The notes: generated from the sequence alone by a model not told the origin. A DNA stretch of 63,667 nucleotides, filler included, from Ministeria vibrans ATCC 50519 (GCA_943704425.1; 4 parts of 4 records of this genome joined end to end with filler, not necessarily neighbours in it); one strand, 5' to 3'; shown: positions 1 to 22,382, numbered from the whole stretch's first letter. Numbers and translations: made by a program.

Positions 1-832
1 AAAAAAAAGGAAAGAAAGAAAGAAAGAAAGAACGCAGCGACACCTTCGCGACACCATCTCAACTTCAACAGATGGCAGCCAGTCCAACAAACACCACCAA
101 CCCATTAGCTTAGACACGGACGACCCTGCCGCATGGCCGTCCGAGCAACAGCCTCAGCAACGAGGGCACCAGCCGCAATCGCTCCCCACCAACTTATCGT
201 TCTATTTCCGCGGAATTTCCGTGTCTCCTCGCCGATTCGCCTCGAGTTTACTCGTGAGACAGCTGTTCACAGCTTGTCAAAGCCCCAAGCCCCTACGGAG
301 GGTATGGCGTATCATTGTAATTGCCTCACTGGATAGCGATTACACTCGTGCTTTTGTTGTTGATGAATTAATCCCTGCTGCCCGTTCGAATCCCAATTTT
401 TTTATTCGAAAATCCCGGATTTATTGAGATTTCCTTTCTCGCTCTATTAGTAAACTTCTTTCCTAGCCCAACCGAAAATGACGTCTTTAGAAAACGATCG
501 AAGTAGACAAACCTTTCAAGGGGACTATATACTGTTGATTCCGCGGGAGAGCTTACGAATCTTTGTCAGGAGTGAGCTGGGGTCACGGTGATCGCAATTG
601 CAATCCCAATTTTTTTTTCGAATATTACGGCTAACCCTGCCTCTCAGCAATTAGACGTAGAGAAACATGCATGGTGTCTGAAAGAGAGATGTTCATTTTC
701 GTCTTGACACCTTTTTTTTTGCCCAATCCCAGTTGAATCCCAATTTCTAAATCTGACTGCGCTAGCCACAGCAGCGTCGTATTTCTTTGAGTTTTGGTCC
801 GAACCTACGAAAAGCTTGGCACGTATTGACAA

Positions 833-2705
833 ATGCAACACGAGAGTGCGTTTGAGGAACGCGAAGAGCTGGTAAATGGTTATCTCAGAAATTTGGTTTC
901 TGTTTTGGTATTTCTCACGCTTCTCCGTGACATAACGTCAGCACAGAAGCACTGCGCTTGCCTAGAGCATCATGTCAACTTTGTTTGTTGTACTCAAAGT
1001 CTTCTTTTGATTCATGTAGAGAAGTGCGGCGAGTGATGTGTCCAGCTTTTCTGTTGTTGGTGAATCTGTTGACAACACATTTACTGCTGTCGTGATGGAG
1101 CTTGAGCCGGCGTTGTTTGCGTCGCCAGACGATGGCGAGGACGAACTCAAGTTCCTGGAGGAACAGTACGCGGAGCTCAAACGTGAATACGCCGCATTTG
1201 CCTCGCTAGCAAAGGTCGGTTCGTTGGTCGATGTTTACACTGAAATGGGACGCAAGCTCAGTGCTACACAAGCGTCTCTCATTCTAAATGAGGGTCGCGG
1301 GAGCGGTCGCTCGACGGCTCACGTTCCCTACGTCACATACGACATCAACCCAGGCGTCGATCTTGAAGCAGATCGAATGAGTGCTCTTCACAACGAGGAG
1401 AAGATGCTCTCGTTATTTAAAATCTCTCTCCAACAATTCAATGAGATCGTCGAGACTGCAGAACTCACGTACGGCATGTTTCTTGGAATGTTGTTCTTCT
1501 CTGTGTTTATATATGTTTTTTAGAGTCCTTCCATTGCTGCGTGAAAAGAACCTGAGACCACCAACGCATGGGAAGCCTAAGTACACGGTTCGTCATCAAA
1601 TCTACATCGGTCTGCATCACTTTCAAGGGTTGACTTTCCGCTACCTCGCCGCCACCTTCAACATTGCCCCTTCCACGGTTGCGCTCTACTTTCACACCAC
1701 TGTGCTTTCTCTGAGCGCCCTCAAGCAAAAATGGGTAGTGTGGCCATCACGTGAGCGTCGGGAGGAGGCAAGTCGTGTGCTGTACGCTCAAATTGGATCC
1801 GAGAGAATGCGCAAGTTCAAAGTGTTTGGGTTTTTAGACGGTACATTGACTAAGGTAACGTAAAACACGAATATTTTCTGTGTTCGTTTTTAAAAAAAAT
1901 GTAATATTTCCATTCTCTATTTCTTTCCAGATTTCCCAGCCAGCCCAAACCTCCACTTCAATGCAATACACAAACTTTTTGACCGTCCACAAGCTAAAAG
2001 GTTCCGGCTTCTACCTCGGAAGTATGGCTGTAGTGCTGCCAGATGGGCTACTTTGGTAGTTGAAATAATATGATTCGACTCGAACTTTCAGCAGCTAACC
2101 TTTCAACCGTATCGACGACAGCGACATGTCGACTGGATATGGTGGGTCGGCGCATGACCGCTCGATTGTGTCGAACATGGAGCTTTTTCGCGATGGTGGA
2201 CGCGACGCGCAAGGAAATTTGTACTTTGAAGAAGACGAATTTTTGTTGGGAGACAAGGCAAGTCATAGGATTATCGTTTCATCTGATCTTGTTAATTTCG
2301 TGTCATGCATTGTGATCTAAACTGTATCTTTCTTTTTGATAGGGATTTTACACAATCAACGATCACATTTCCAACCCCATGGACCTGCATCGAGTGCGAG
2401 CGGAAGCCCAGTTGCCGCAACACAATATCGTCGGCATGCTTCGTGGAGACTGCAAAGTAAAACTGACAACCGAGATGCAAATCGACGAGGGGCTACTGAC
2501 TGTCGCTCGACAGACAGTTGAACAAACTTTTGGAGACATGGGAGTTTTGTTCCCAATTCTCCGAAAGTTGAGAGCGACTGGTCATCGAGTGGAGAGTGTC
2601 GCGGACATCATCTGCGCGTGTTCAACACTGTACAACATGTGGTTTATCCACAGAGGATCCCTTCCTCATGTGCGGGCCGGGGGAGGCACAAATGTCAAAA
2701 ATTGA
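833..2705 (+). CDS. Harbinger (DDE_Tnp_4/HARBI1-like) transposase, spliced
   Basis: HTH segment GLTFRYLAATFNIAPSTV; catalytic motifs GFLDGT, GGSAHD, LLGDK|GF and RQTVEQTFG. Approximate exons: 833-871, 1020-~1468, ~1524-1854, 1931-~2055, ~2095-2257, 2343-2705. Confidence 0.85.
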
Positions 2706-2773
2706 TTATTGATTCTTATTCTTTTATTGCGGGTATTATCAATCTCTCTCGATCTCGATCTCTCTTACTCTCA

Positions 2774-4345
2774 TTATTGTTTTTTTGGCGCAAATACGCT
2801 CAATGATTGCTGGAGGAGTGTCGCGGCAACTTCAGCAAGCCTACTAAACGCTTCAGCTTGCAACTGATTGGCGGCTGCCTGCTGTGCCATGGCGGCTGCC
2901 TGCTGTATCATCGCGTTCGCCTGTTGCGCCGTCGCATTCGCCTGCTGTGTCATCGCGTCCGCCTGTTGCGCCGTCGCATTCGCCTGCTGTGTCATCGCGT
3001 CCGCCTGTCGCTCAAGCGAAGCAACTTTGGCGGCCTCGCACGCGCCCCTCTCCCGGATGTGCTCCGTTAAAGCCTGCGCCTGTGCCTTCTTTGCCTCTTT
3101 TTCGGCTATAATAGCCGCTGACGCACGTTCCATCGATTTAGCGGAGCTCTCGACAGAGGCCGCTGCCTTCTTCTTTGCCTCAGCGTCTGTCGCTCGTCTT
3201 TTTTCAACTGCGTTCAGTTTCATTCGTCGGATTTCGTTGGCGTCCTCCTCCCTCTTCCTCTTGCGTTCCACCGCCTTGTTCACCATGTCTTCTGGTGTCT
3301 CTCTTGTGTTGCTGAGGTTCAGCGACGCGTACCGCTTGTCGTCCATCGCACACAGCAAGTCGTATATGTAGATTTGATTCTCTCCACCTTTGACTTTGGT
3401 GCGTATCTTCTCGCGTTCCTGCTCACGCCGCTCCTCCTCGCGCGGACGATCCCAACGACCAATGGGGCCGGTGCGAATACTGCTCAGTTTGTTGGAGATT
3501 GCCTTGCAGGATGCGCCCGAAAACTTGCTGCGAATTGTGATGTATTCCTCCTCGAATTGTAGCTGCGCCCTGAAGACCGCTCCCACTACGTGGATGGTAG
3601 CAAGAAAAACAATATTAAACGAAGCACTTGATTGAATTGATCATACCTTTCGTTTCTTTCTTTGCACCATCGCTTACAACATTGTCAAGTGAGTATTTTT
3701 TCTTCGTCTCCGCAAACGTCTTCTCGTCAATGATGCTACTCTCAGCGCGCAGTGCACACTTGATGGACAAAGAACACCATGTCAGTTGCTTGCTTGTCGC
3801 CGGGCTACCATCCTCCGCATGCGGGCTCGAACTCATCGATGGGCTCACTGCGCCGGGCGACGGTGAAGTCGTCGTTGTCGTCGTTGTCGTTGTTGTCGTT
3901 GTTGCTTCTGTGCTCGCTCCGTTTGCGGTCGATTCCACCTTCTCTCTGTCGCCCCCAACATTGTCGGCATCATCGAGCTCCTCGTCGGTATCACCGCCCT
4001 CATAATCGTCATTCTCAGCGGATAGTCGACGAGAAATTTCGTATGCAGCATCAACATCAGGCGAACACTCCTCTCTCTCGCCCAGTCCAGCGCCAGTAAA
4101 GTCTTTATCGCGACTATTATGTCCTATGGTATTCTTTAGTGATACTGTACCGATAGCCATCAATACAACTTACGCTTGCGCGTGTGCGAGGAAGTGTTTG
4201 AGTTTTGGCGCGTAATACCAAAATCATTTTCATCGGTTGCCAAAAACCCATCAACTACCTCTTCCACCAGGTCACCGTCGACAAAATTGCCGTCATGCTT
4301 GTGTTCAGGCCGATAGCGAGCGCTACGGCGCATTGGGTTGCTCAT
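2774..4345 (-). CDS. Harbinger second ORF (putative Myb/SANT-like DNA-binding, coiled-coil partner), spliced
   Basis: ORF segments 4345-4160, 4163-3615 and 3586-2774 lie inside the TIRs, convergent with the transposase. Charged coiled-coil with QQADAMT/QQANATA heptad repeats. Myb identity is inferred from the typical Harbinger layout only. Confidence 0.6.
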
Positions 4346-5086
4346 TGTATCAAGTTGAATTTTCTTCTACAAGACGACTAGGAAAAAAGCCAACATGACC
4401 CTCGTTACGACACGATTTCGCACGAACGTTGTTCACCTGACCTAGGACGCTGCACGGCAGTCACAAACGATGAAAAGCTGGATTGAAAAAAATTGGGATT
4501 CGAACGGGCTCGTCAAACCCAAAGAGTGTGGGCTCGTCCAAATCTGGGTGCAAAAATTGGGATTCGAACGGGCAGCCTGGCCTGGGCTGGGGCTGGGTGA
4601 CTCTATAATAAATGGGTTGTCTTCTTCTTCTTAATAATTATTAATAGTTATTAATCGCTATCCAGTGAGGTAATCGCAATGGTACGCCATACCCCCAGAA
4701 TAATAATTATTATAAATATAAATAAAGTAAACTGTGAGTGCAGAAATTCTAAAGGCAGTGATTGGCACTAGTAATTGCTGCCACTACGCCCTACGCTCTA
4801 CGGTGTGCTTTCTGAGCCGTGAGTTACGAGCTGTCAAGTGAGTGTCAAAGCGTTTGAGCTTATTAATTGGGCATTAAATACTTCGTAAATACAATAATAT
4901 TTGAATTTTGATATGAATAATAATTCATTAATCATTTTTTTTTGCACACACCACCGGTCTCCACTTCGAGCGCCCTTTCGTTTAACTACCACCGGATCAA
5001 TTCATTGTCTTTTTACCCTTAATTTTCCGAACTACCAGTCTCCAAGCGCACCGCTTCCACACTGCAAAAAACAAAAAATACCAAAA

Positions 5087-6941
<1,855 letters not shown>

Positions 6942-7692
6942 ACGGCGTGTTTCGTCGAATGTTCATCAACCCACGATCACGCAATGTACATATTTGGAAA
7001 ATGCAGACTAAAGAGAGAAAAAAAAAAGCTCTACTTCACTTTGCGTCGTGTCTTCGCGCCTCCGTGTGTCCGGGATGGAGCCCTGACACCCCAAAGACAG
7101 TCAAGACACTGCCTCCGTTGCAGCGGTCATAAAAAAATCACGACCATTAACGCGTGTTTTCGTTCGTTCCACTCAGAGTTGTCACCTTTTTTTTTTTTTT
7201 TTTTTTTTCCCCNNNNNNNNNNGCCGTTGGTACATGGCGACGAAGCACACTCGTCATTTTCGCCCGCCTCAATCGCTCGCGCCGAGCAGAAGAAAACGCC
7301 CGAATCGAACCGGGCGTGCGCGAAACACATTTTTATTCACCTGGGTTGTTGACTGGCGTGAACCCCATTGACTGCAACGGTGACGCTGCGGATCGATCGC
7401 TTGTGAAGACGCTTCGCCAGACTGTTGACCGAGTTTCCCGTGAGACCTTCTTTTCAAACTCGTCCAGCGATGAGTTCTCGGTACGTTTCTCAAGCACCAC
7501 CCTTCCGTCTACTACTTATAAGGCCTGTGGATCGCTCGCCGTGCCCGAATAGTGTTGCTGTTGCGAACTTTTGAGCTTAATAATTATTCTGATTTTTTTT
7601 TTTTTCGCTTTTTTTTTTTTCTCCCNNNNNNNNNNGAGGTTGACTTACGCGGAGCTGTCGCCGCGGAAGGTGGCGCAAGCGCGAGCGAGACA

Positions 7693-8481
7693 ATGTCCTC
7701 GTTTTTTTCTCCCGAACACAGTGACGACCCGCTCCTCCAGCTCATCTACGACGCCGTGCAACCGACTCCAAGCGACTGCACACTTAACTCGATGCCGGAC
7801 AACGAAGAAATCGAGGACATTGTCTCGCTCGCGCTTGCGCCACCTTCCGCGGCGACAGCTCCGCGTAAGTCAACCTCCTCGTTGGTGTCTCCGACCACGT
7901 CCGCCTCCTCTATCGCATCGTCGACGTCCACACTCGCGAGCGACCCGCCTTCCCCACCTCCCGACACCGCCGGGCCCCGATCGGTCGCACAGCCGCAGTC
8001 GAAGCAACCCAAGACGACCGTTGACCAGCCGGCTTGTACGCATTGCCAGGCGACCACCACCTCCCTGTGGCGTCGCGACGACAACGGCCGCCTTGTGTGC
8101 AACGCCTGCCGCCTCTACCAGAAGCTCCACGGCACACGCCGACCCCCATCGTTGTTGAACAAGGGTGTGCGTCGGCGAAAGCGCTCGAGTAACTCCACGC
8201 CGGTGAGCCAGGACGGCGCGAAAAAGACCACTCGACGAACCGCCTCGCTGGACAGCGATTCTAAAAAACCCTCCTACGCCACCACCGAGACGTCTACACT
8301 GCCGCCACTGCTGCCCCCACCTCTAATGCCCTCACCACTAATGCCTCCTCCACTCGCCACTGGGATGGTACAGGGACAGCTCGTACCCCAGCTTCCCGAC
8401 CCTAACGACGAGATGCACTTTTTTGCCTTCCCTTACGTCTGCAACGGAATGCCCTATACCTTCCGAAACCCCTTTCTCTAA
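7693..8481 (+). CDS. GATA-type zinc-finger transcription factor
   Basis: [37 protein letters not shown] (C-X2-C-X17-C-X2-C plus basic tail). The start is uncertain because of the adjacent gap and inversion. Confidence 0.9.
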   Translation: MSSFFSPEHSDDPLLQLIYDAVQPTPSDCTLNSMPDNEEIEDIVSLALAPPSAATAPRKSTSSLVSPTTSASSIASSTSTLASDPPSPPPDTAGPRSVAQPQSKQPKTTVDQPACTHCQATTTSLWRRDDNGRLVCNACRLYQKLHGTRRPPSLLNKGVRRRKRSSNSTPVSQDGAKKTTRRTASLDSDSKKPSYATTETSTLPPLLPPPLMPSPLMPPPLATGMVQGQLVPQLPDPNDEMHFFAFPYVCNGMPYTFRNPFL

Positions 8482-8585
8482 GTTGCTGGTCGACTTATGG
8501 ACAGGTGTTTGCCGACGTAAACACATACCACACACAGTATCTCCCTCTTGTATAAAAATTCTCTAAGAAAATTGTGTTTGAACTT

Positions 8586-11883
<3,298 letters not shown>

Positions 11884-12008
11884 CGCAGCATGGGTGATTA
11901 GTCTGGAGTGTGAACACTGAAGTCCGAACTGTGAATCTGTGATCGAAATTTAATCGGTCATCTTAAATTTTTTTAAGACCTTCACACACCTTTCATTTTG
12001 TGACTGTC

Positions 12009-12374
12009 ATGATAGGGACCGCTGCTGAATGCACCAACGTTGTTTCGATTGAGGAAGCAGGGGTCAAGCGAACATTATGGAATATGTTTTCGTCTGCGCA
12101 GATGAGCGGTGGCATTGAAGATGTTGCGCCCGACTGTGAAGTCCCCCAGCACTGCCACGAGCACTCCGACGAGGCCTTCTACGTCATATCGGGCACTGGC
12201 CGATTTCATGTGGGCTCCGACGACTGCGCAGGGACGGCCGTGAGTGCAGGCGCGATGGTTCATGTTTCCGCTGGCGTCGTCCATCGCATAGTCAACACCT
12301 CTTCCACGCAGGTGCTCAGGTTTACCTTTACCCTTGCGCCCGCGCAAACAACCGCACAGTTTGTTGCCAAGTAA
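12009..12374 (+). CDS. Cupin-domain protein (Cupin_2-like), intronless
   Basis: [19 protein letters not shown]...[16 protein letters not shown] matches the two cupin metal-binding motifs. Confidence 0.85.
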   Translation: MIGTAAECTNVVSIEEAGVKRTLWNMFSSAQMSGGIEDVAPDCEVPQHCHEHSDEAFYVISGTGRFHVGSDDCAGTAVSAGAMVHVSAGVVHRIVNTSSTQVLRFTFTLAPAQTTAQFVAK

Positions 12375-12383
12375 CATACACTC

Positions 12384-12418
<35 letters not shown>

Positions 12419-12574
12419 CAGAACGATGTAATTTTCATTAACTTTAAATTATTTTTGATGAATATTTTGATATATTTTCGAATAGTATTTTTTATGCGAA
12501 CATCGCTTCTCCTCCTCCCTCTCCTCCTCTCCGCCCTTGCTTCTCCTAGCCTCTCCTACACATATCCTTTGACC

Positions 12575-13728
12575 ATGCCTCTGTGCGGACGCTCCCTCCA
12601 CTGGGTGTTCAAGAGTACGTCCGCAGTGGCTCGAGTGTCATCAGCGCACTCTCATCCCTCTCCTTGTGCTCCCTCTGCTTCCCCTCCTGCAGTCTCCAAC
12701 CTGAAGAAAACCCTTGAGATTCTCGAAAAGACCATTGGAATGCACGTGCTGCGGCACGAAGAGTTCAACAGCGGCTGCGAGGCCTCCTGCAACGGCGACT
12801 ACGCGCGGCCCTGGTCCAAGACGATGGTTGGCTTTGGCCAGGAAGACAACCACTTTGTTCTCGAGCTCACCTTCAACTACGGCATCAAGCGATACGAGGC
12901 CGGCAACGATTTCCGGTACGATGCGCACACTGTAGTACTCGACACACGTCATTCTTGTGCTCAGGTACGTCCGTGTTGCCGCCAACACGGCCGCCAACGG
13001 TGACATCCGGGCGCGCGCAGCCCAACACAACGTCCCCATTGACCCGACCAACGACACCATCACACTGCCGGACGGCTACAAGATCAAGCTCGTTGATGTG
13101 GCCAGCCCTGATCTCAAGGACGCCTGCTTGGGAGTGTCGCTCAACGTCGAGTCACTCGCAAAAGCCAAAGGTAACGAACCAACCAACAACGCCGCTCTTT
13201 GACCATCCGGCACGAACAACTTTGCCTTGGGGCGCTCACCCACACATACATTAGACTTTTACCAAAACGTACTGGGTCTACAAGAGGTGTCGAGCGGAGA
13301 GGGACGCGTGGCGCTGTCGTACGACGCGGCACAGGCATCGGTGGAATTCATTGAGATTGGCGAACCCATTGAGCACAGTATAGTGAACCCAAACTCAGCA
13401 GTGCATTTTGGCTCAACTCACACATGTGTCTTTTCCCCCCTCGTCTTCCGCAGGCAAAGCGTACGGGCGGATTGCGTTCTCCATCGAGTCGATTGACCCG
13501 GTGGTCGCAGCGGTGACAGCGTCGGGCGACACTATTCACACGGCACCCGTCGCTCTGCCCACCGAGGGCAAGGCCACGGTGCACGTCGTCATCCTCGCCG
13601 ACCGCGACAACTATGAGATCTGCTTTGTGGGCGACGAGGGTTTCCGTGAGCTGTCGCAGCTCAAGGAGGGCGATGAACGCATTGACTGGGCGCAGCGCAG
13701 AGAGAACGGCTCTCGCGATCCCGAATGA
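12575..13728 (+). CDS. GLOD4: Glyoxalase domain-containing protein 4, spliced
   Basis: RSLHWVFK|..[45 protein letters not shown]; [10 protein letters not shown]; [32 protein letters not shown]. Confidence 0.92.
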
Positions 13729-13833
13729 TTTTTTTTCTTTTCATCTTTTTTTTTATCCCCGTCTGCTGCACATTCCATATTTGCACAGTGGTTTCCTTTA
13801 CAATCATCGTACTATTTTTCTTCTGTTATCTTT

Positions 13834-14434
13834 TTACATGTCCAAGTGAAAATTGTCGGGTCGCGAATACTCTTTATGGACCGACTCTGTCGCCTCCCCA
13901 TGCGTCAGGAATCCCCAGTAGTCCTTGTCAAAGTTGCTGACAAGCGTGGGATCCCGATAGAAACGCCGGATCCAGCGATCGGCGCCTCCTCGCAGCACTC
14001 GGACGGCGAAGGGAAGCGTTTCCCCTTGGCTGCTGTCAAGGAGCCGACGGGCACACCGTGGCCCACGCATGACGCTCTCCATGCAGTGGAACACAACGAC
14101 GGTCTTTCCTTCGGCAGCCTTCCGCACAGCCGCAATGTCAAAGGCGGAGTCGGCACAGCTGCAAGGGAAAGACGGTGTGGTGTGAGCGAGGCAGGGTGAG
14201 ACGCAATCTCTGGTGCGTTGGCTGCTGCGGAGACACGTACTGGAGCGAGCCTGCCACGTTGCCACCCACATGGTCCTCGTCGCGCACATCGACAACAAGC
14301 GTGGTCTCTGGGCTTGTGCGCAGCAGGCGGACAAGTTCGTCCTGCGACGTGTCACATCGGATGTGATGAGTGAAGCAAAACAGAACACGGATGTACCTGT
14401 TCCATAAAAATGTTGTTCTTTTTGGCCCATTCAT
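13834..14434 (-). CDS. Rhodanese-fold Cdc25-like phosphatase/arsenate reductase (Acr2/Ych1/Ibp1 family), spliced
   Basis: LVVDVRDEDHVGGNVAGS and VVFHCMESVMRGPRCA (HC-X5-R active loop); VRVLRGG. Start approximate. Confidence 0.8.
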
Positions 14435-14710
14435 ATCTATCAGTTCTATCGTGACCAAACGACATGTCCAGAGCCAAAGTGAGAAGAGAAAAAACAAATC
14501 ACAGTAAAAAAGAACTAAAGAAGGAGAAGAGAAAATAAATTAATATCAAAATAAATATTAATGTAATATAGAGAATCGAGAGCTGCACTAAATGTCAAAA
14601 CAAGAATGATTTTTGTCCTTTGAAAACAAGTGTAATGCGAGTTTAGAGTTTATTAAAAATATTAATGAATGAATGAATTCAGTCATTTTGATTTTTATGC
14701 GAATTTTTTT

Positions 14711-15667
14711 TTACATACAGTAAGTCGGAGAGCGAATGCAGACATTGCAAATGCCAACACCCAAAATGAGCTGAACGGCGGTGAGACTGCAGATGCCATA
14801 TACGGGTTGAGAGGAAGACGGGGCGGGCGGGGCGTCATCGGAGAGGGTGCACTCGATGGGGTCGCCGATGAAGGGGAAGAGACGGAAGGACGTATCGGTG
14901 ATGGCCTCGGCGCGCAGGATGACGTTGCGCAACGCCTGCTTGGGCATGACCTCTTGCAGGCAGTTGCCGTCGGCAAAGTCGTCTGTGATCGTTTTGGCAT
15001 ACTCGTCGAGGGCGCGACGCACGGAGAGTGTTGGGGGCTGCAGGAAGAAGCGGTTGAGCGACTCGCCGTTGAGGAAGTAGCAGGCGGAGATGAAGAGGTT
15101 GAGGGACTGGCCGGGCTGGGGCATCCACTGGTCGCAGCGCACACATGGGAACGTCCGGTTCCACTGGCGCGTGTTTTTTGCCTGGCGATACAGTTGGTGG
15201 GCCTCGCGGCAGAGACGGTGGTTGCACGACAGTGAGCGAGGACCTGCGCCCGCGCTGGTGGAGCCCGCCTTGCGCGACGCAGACGCCCCCTTGGCCATCG
15301 TTCTGTGTGGTTGAAGGTGCGGCTGCGACTGCGGCTGAGGCGAACGATAGATGGGGCTCTCGGTGGAACGGGCTGTCTTGCGTGCGGACGTGTCGGAGAG
15401 GGAGCCGGTGCGCGGTCGTTTGGACGATTGTTGAGCTGACTGCTGAGCGTGCGGCGCACTTTTAAGGGTCTGGTGGTGGTAATGATCGGCCAAATGGGTG
15501 CCCGGGGGCGGTCCGGTGGGAGGCCAGGCGATGGATTTGGCGTCGACGGGCAGTGGGGAGGGCGACCATGACTTGGACGACCTCTGCTGCATCTTGAGCG
15601 TCGCTTTCTGCTGCAGCTGCTGCTCGTACGGGCTCAGCGTGTCGAAGTTGAGATCCCACGTATCCAT
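14711..15667 (-). CDS. Hypothetical protein with disordered N-terminus and Cys/His-rich C-terminal domain
   Basis: Long GC-rich ORF starting MDTWDLNFD; CNHRLC, CVRC and terminal CNVC motifs; no family recognised. Confidence 0.6.
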   Translation of the reverse strand: MDTWDLNFDTLSPYEQQLQQKATLKMQQRSSKSWSPSPLPVDAKSIAWPPTGPPPGTHLADHYHHQTLKSAPHAQQSAQQSSKRPRTGSLSDTSARKTARSTESPIYRSPQPQSQPHLQPHRTMAKGASASRKAGSTSAGAGPRSLSCNHRLCREAHQLYRQAKNTRQWNRTFPCVRCDQWMPQPGQSLNLFISACYFLNGESLNRFFLQPPTLSVRRALDEYAKTITDDFADGNCLQEVMPKQALRNVILRAEAITDTSFRLFPFIGDPIECTLSDDAPPAPSSSQPVYGICSLTAVQLILGVGICNVCIRSPTYCM

Positions 15668-16283
15668 ATCTGGAGTCTGAGGGGTCGCCGTAGGCGGGAG
15701 AAACGCTGTGAGCGACGCCTGGCGAGTTCGTTTAGTATGAAAAAAAAGAGCAACGTGAGTGACAGTGTTGTGGTGCAAAAGTGCTCACTCGCTCGTCCCA
15801 CCTCCGAAATTTCCGCTTCGACACGGTCTAAGTTGGTCTGGTATTCTTGAATGGACTGTTGCGTGAGCGCCTTGTCGCGCTGGGCCTCTGTGGAACGGCA
15901 GTGGAGAGAGAGAGAGAGACAGACAGAGAGAGAGAGTCAGAGAGACAGAGAGAGTGAACACACAAATCACATCACAAGAGAGCCTTTTGGATGGTACGGG
16001 TCAGACGCTCGTCGACTGCGCGCTGCTGCACGACTAGACGCGCGAGTCCCGCTTGGAGTTGCGATCGTTTCTCTTTGAGTTCGTCAAGATTCATTCGAAA
16101 TGGTATTGTAGAGTCGGGCGTGTCGGCACAGCCTGCACTCGCGCTGAGTCACTGTCGTCTGTCGAGTGTCGACAATGAACAATCGAATTATATTAGCTAT
16201 TAGAAGAAGACATTTTCAATTCGAATTCGATCAGTAAATATTATAGTAAATAAAAACTCGAAATAATTATTATATTTATCGAA

Positions 16284-20631
<4,348 letters not shown>

Positions 20632-21189
20632 CCGCTCTCTAACTTTCTCTCGTTGAGTCATTGATGAGTGAACTGTGGGGTATACGAAGTTATGATTGAA
20701 AGTGATTTTTACAGAGGGAGTGTGCATACAGAGGAGAATTTAGTTTGATTTGAGTTTGTGAGGACTGTCAATAGACCATTGACGATAGAGAAAGTAGAAA
20801 TAATAATAGACAAAGTGAAGAGCCGAGAGAGTGGCAATGAGAAGAGAATAGAGATGAGGAAGAGACGGAGGAGGAGCGACAAATAGAAAAAAAGCAAGCG
20901 CAGTCCATTGCAACAGCACAGAGCACACCAGCTAAAACAGAAAGAGAGAGAGAGTGTGTGTGTGAGAGAGAAGGGAGGGAGGGAGAAGGATAAAGAATGA
21001 ATGAAATTAATTGAGTGAGAAGTGAATGGGAGACAGTGAGTGAATGAGTGAATGGCAGCAAGTGAGCGAGAGTGATGGAGCGAGTGAGTAGCTGTTATTG
21101 AGTAGACAGTTCCGAGTGTGCAGTGGTGAGTGTGTGTGTAAAAAGATATAATATTGTAGTGGGTGTCCATGTAAGTATCTGTGGTGTGT

Positions 21190-21603
21190 GGGAGGCGTAC
21201 AAGGAAGCGGACAAGGGGCGAGAGGGAAAGAGAGCGTCTGATGGCAGTGAGAGCCACAAAGACGTAGAGCGCAGTGACAAGAACAGCATAGAACATCTGA
21301 TGGTCTTGCGCGAGCAAAGGAGCCAGTGAGAACGCAGAGACTGCGTTGAAGTGCACTGATGAGAGCGGGTCGGACAGGAAGAGCAGTGAAACCGGAAGAC
21401 AAGCCAAAAGAATCGACTTCTCATGAACCTATCAAGGGGGCAGGTGAGTGTCCGCGCTGACGTTGATTGGACTCACCTGATATGAACAGAGGAAGAAGGC
21501 CAAAGCAGACACAGCGAGTGCATAGAGAAAGTGCTGGCGATGAGGACGCACAAGCAGATGCAAACCCGACGGAAGTACCCCAATCAGTGTTGCAAGTCCA
21601 CTG
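21190..21603 (-). CDS. ALG6: ALG6 alpha-1,3-glucosyltransferase, C-terminal exons (5' truncated at scaffold end; 3' end uncertain)
   Basis: FFGLLPLFIS-type hydrophobic segment followed by the (Q)VHEKSILLACLPVSLL signature and further transmembrane segments. Confidence 0.7.
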
Positions 21604-21618
21604 CAAAAAGAAAATGTT

Positions 21619-21719
<101 letters not shown>

Positions 21720-21763
21720 NNNNNNNNNNNNNNNNNNNNNNNNNNNNNNNNNNNNNNNNNNNN

Positions 21764-21775
21764 TTAATTAATTAA
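21764..21775. other. Artificial six-frame-stop scaffold linker (TTAATTAATTAA inside N runs)
   Basis: Identical 12-mer flanked by Ns; recurs at 48020 and 62246. Confidence 0.95.
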
Positions 21776-21819
21776 NNNNNNNNNNNNNNNNNNNNNNNNN
21801 NNNNNNNNNNNNNNNNNNN

Positions 21820-21930
<111 letters not shown>

Positions 21931-21939
21931 CTATCTCTT

Positions 21940-22281
21940 ACGCGTGTCGCTTGCATGCGCAGTGCTTCTCGGAGCGAGATGAGACGTGCTCGCTCCAATC
22001 GCAGAATTTCGGCCTCGACGCGCGGCGTGTACACAGTTGGACCGCGCACAATCCACATCTCACCAGCAATACGCTTTACACCGTCTTCCTCAAAGTCAGC
22101 CAATGCACGCACGCGCAATCCCGCCAAACTGGGCACCACTGGAAGTTGAAGGACACCGCGCGGAAGCGAGCTTGTGCCGGGAATTGCAAGAGTCAAAGGC
22201 GCAAGTTCTACAGCCAAACAAAAAAGTTCAAGGGTCAACACACACACCCCACAAAGACTCACACACATGCACACCACAAAA

Positions 22282-22328
<47 letters not shown>

Positions 22329-22347
22329 TCACACACACGCACTCACA

Positions 22348-22382
<35 letters not shown>

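Larger units (their letters stand above)
377..4576. mobile_element. PIF/Harbinger-superfamily DNA transposon (about 4.2 kb, two convergent genes)
   Basis: 25-bp terminal inverted repeat GCTGCCCGTTCGAATCCCAATTTTT (377-401) with its reverse complement at 4552-4576. It encloses a HARBI1-type DDE transposase (+) and a convergent second ORF (-). No clean 3-bp TSD resolved. Confidence 0.88.

Noticed and set aside
7636-7877. Perfect 66-bp inverted repeat (7636-7701 vs 7812-7877) forming a large hairpin at the GATA gene start
   Set aside because: The left arm begins exactly at an N gap and mirrors coding sequence, joining at a short shared sequence around the ATG; most likely an amplification or assembly inversion chimera.
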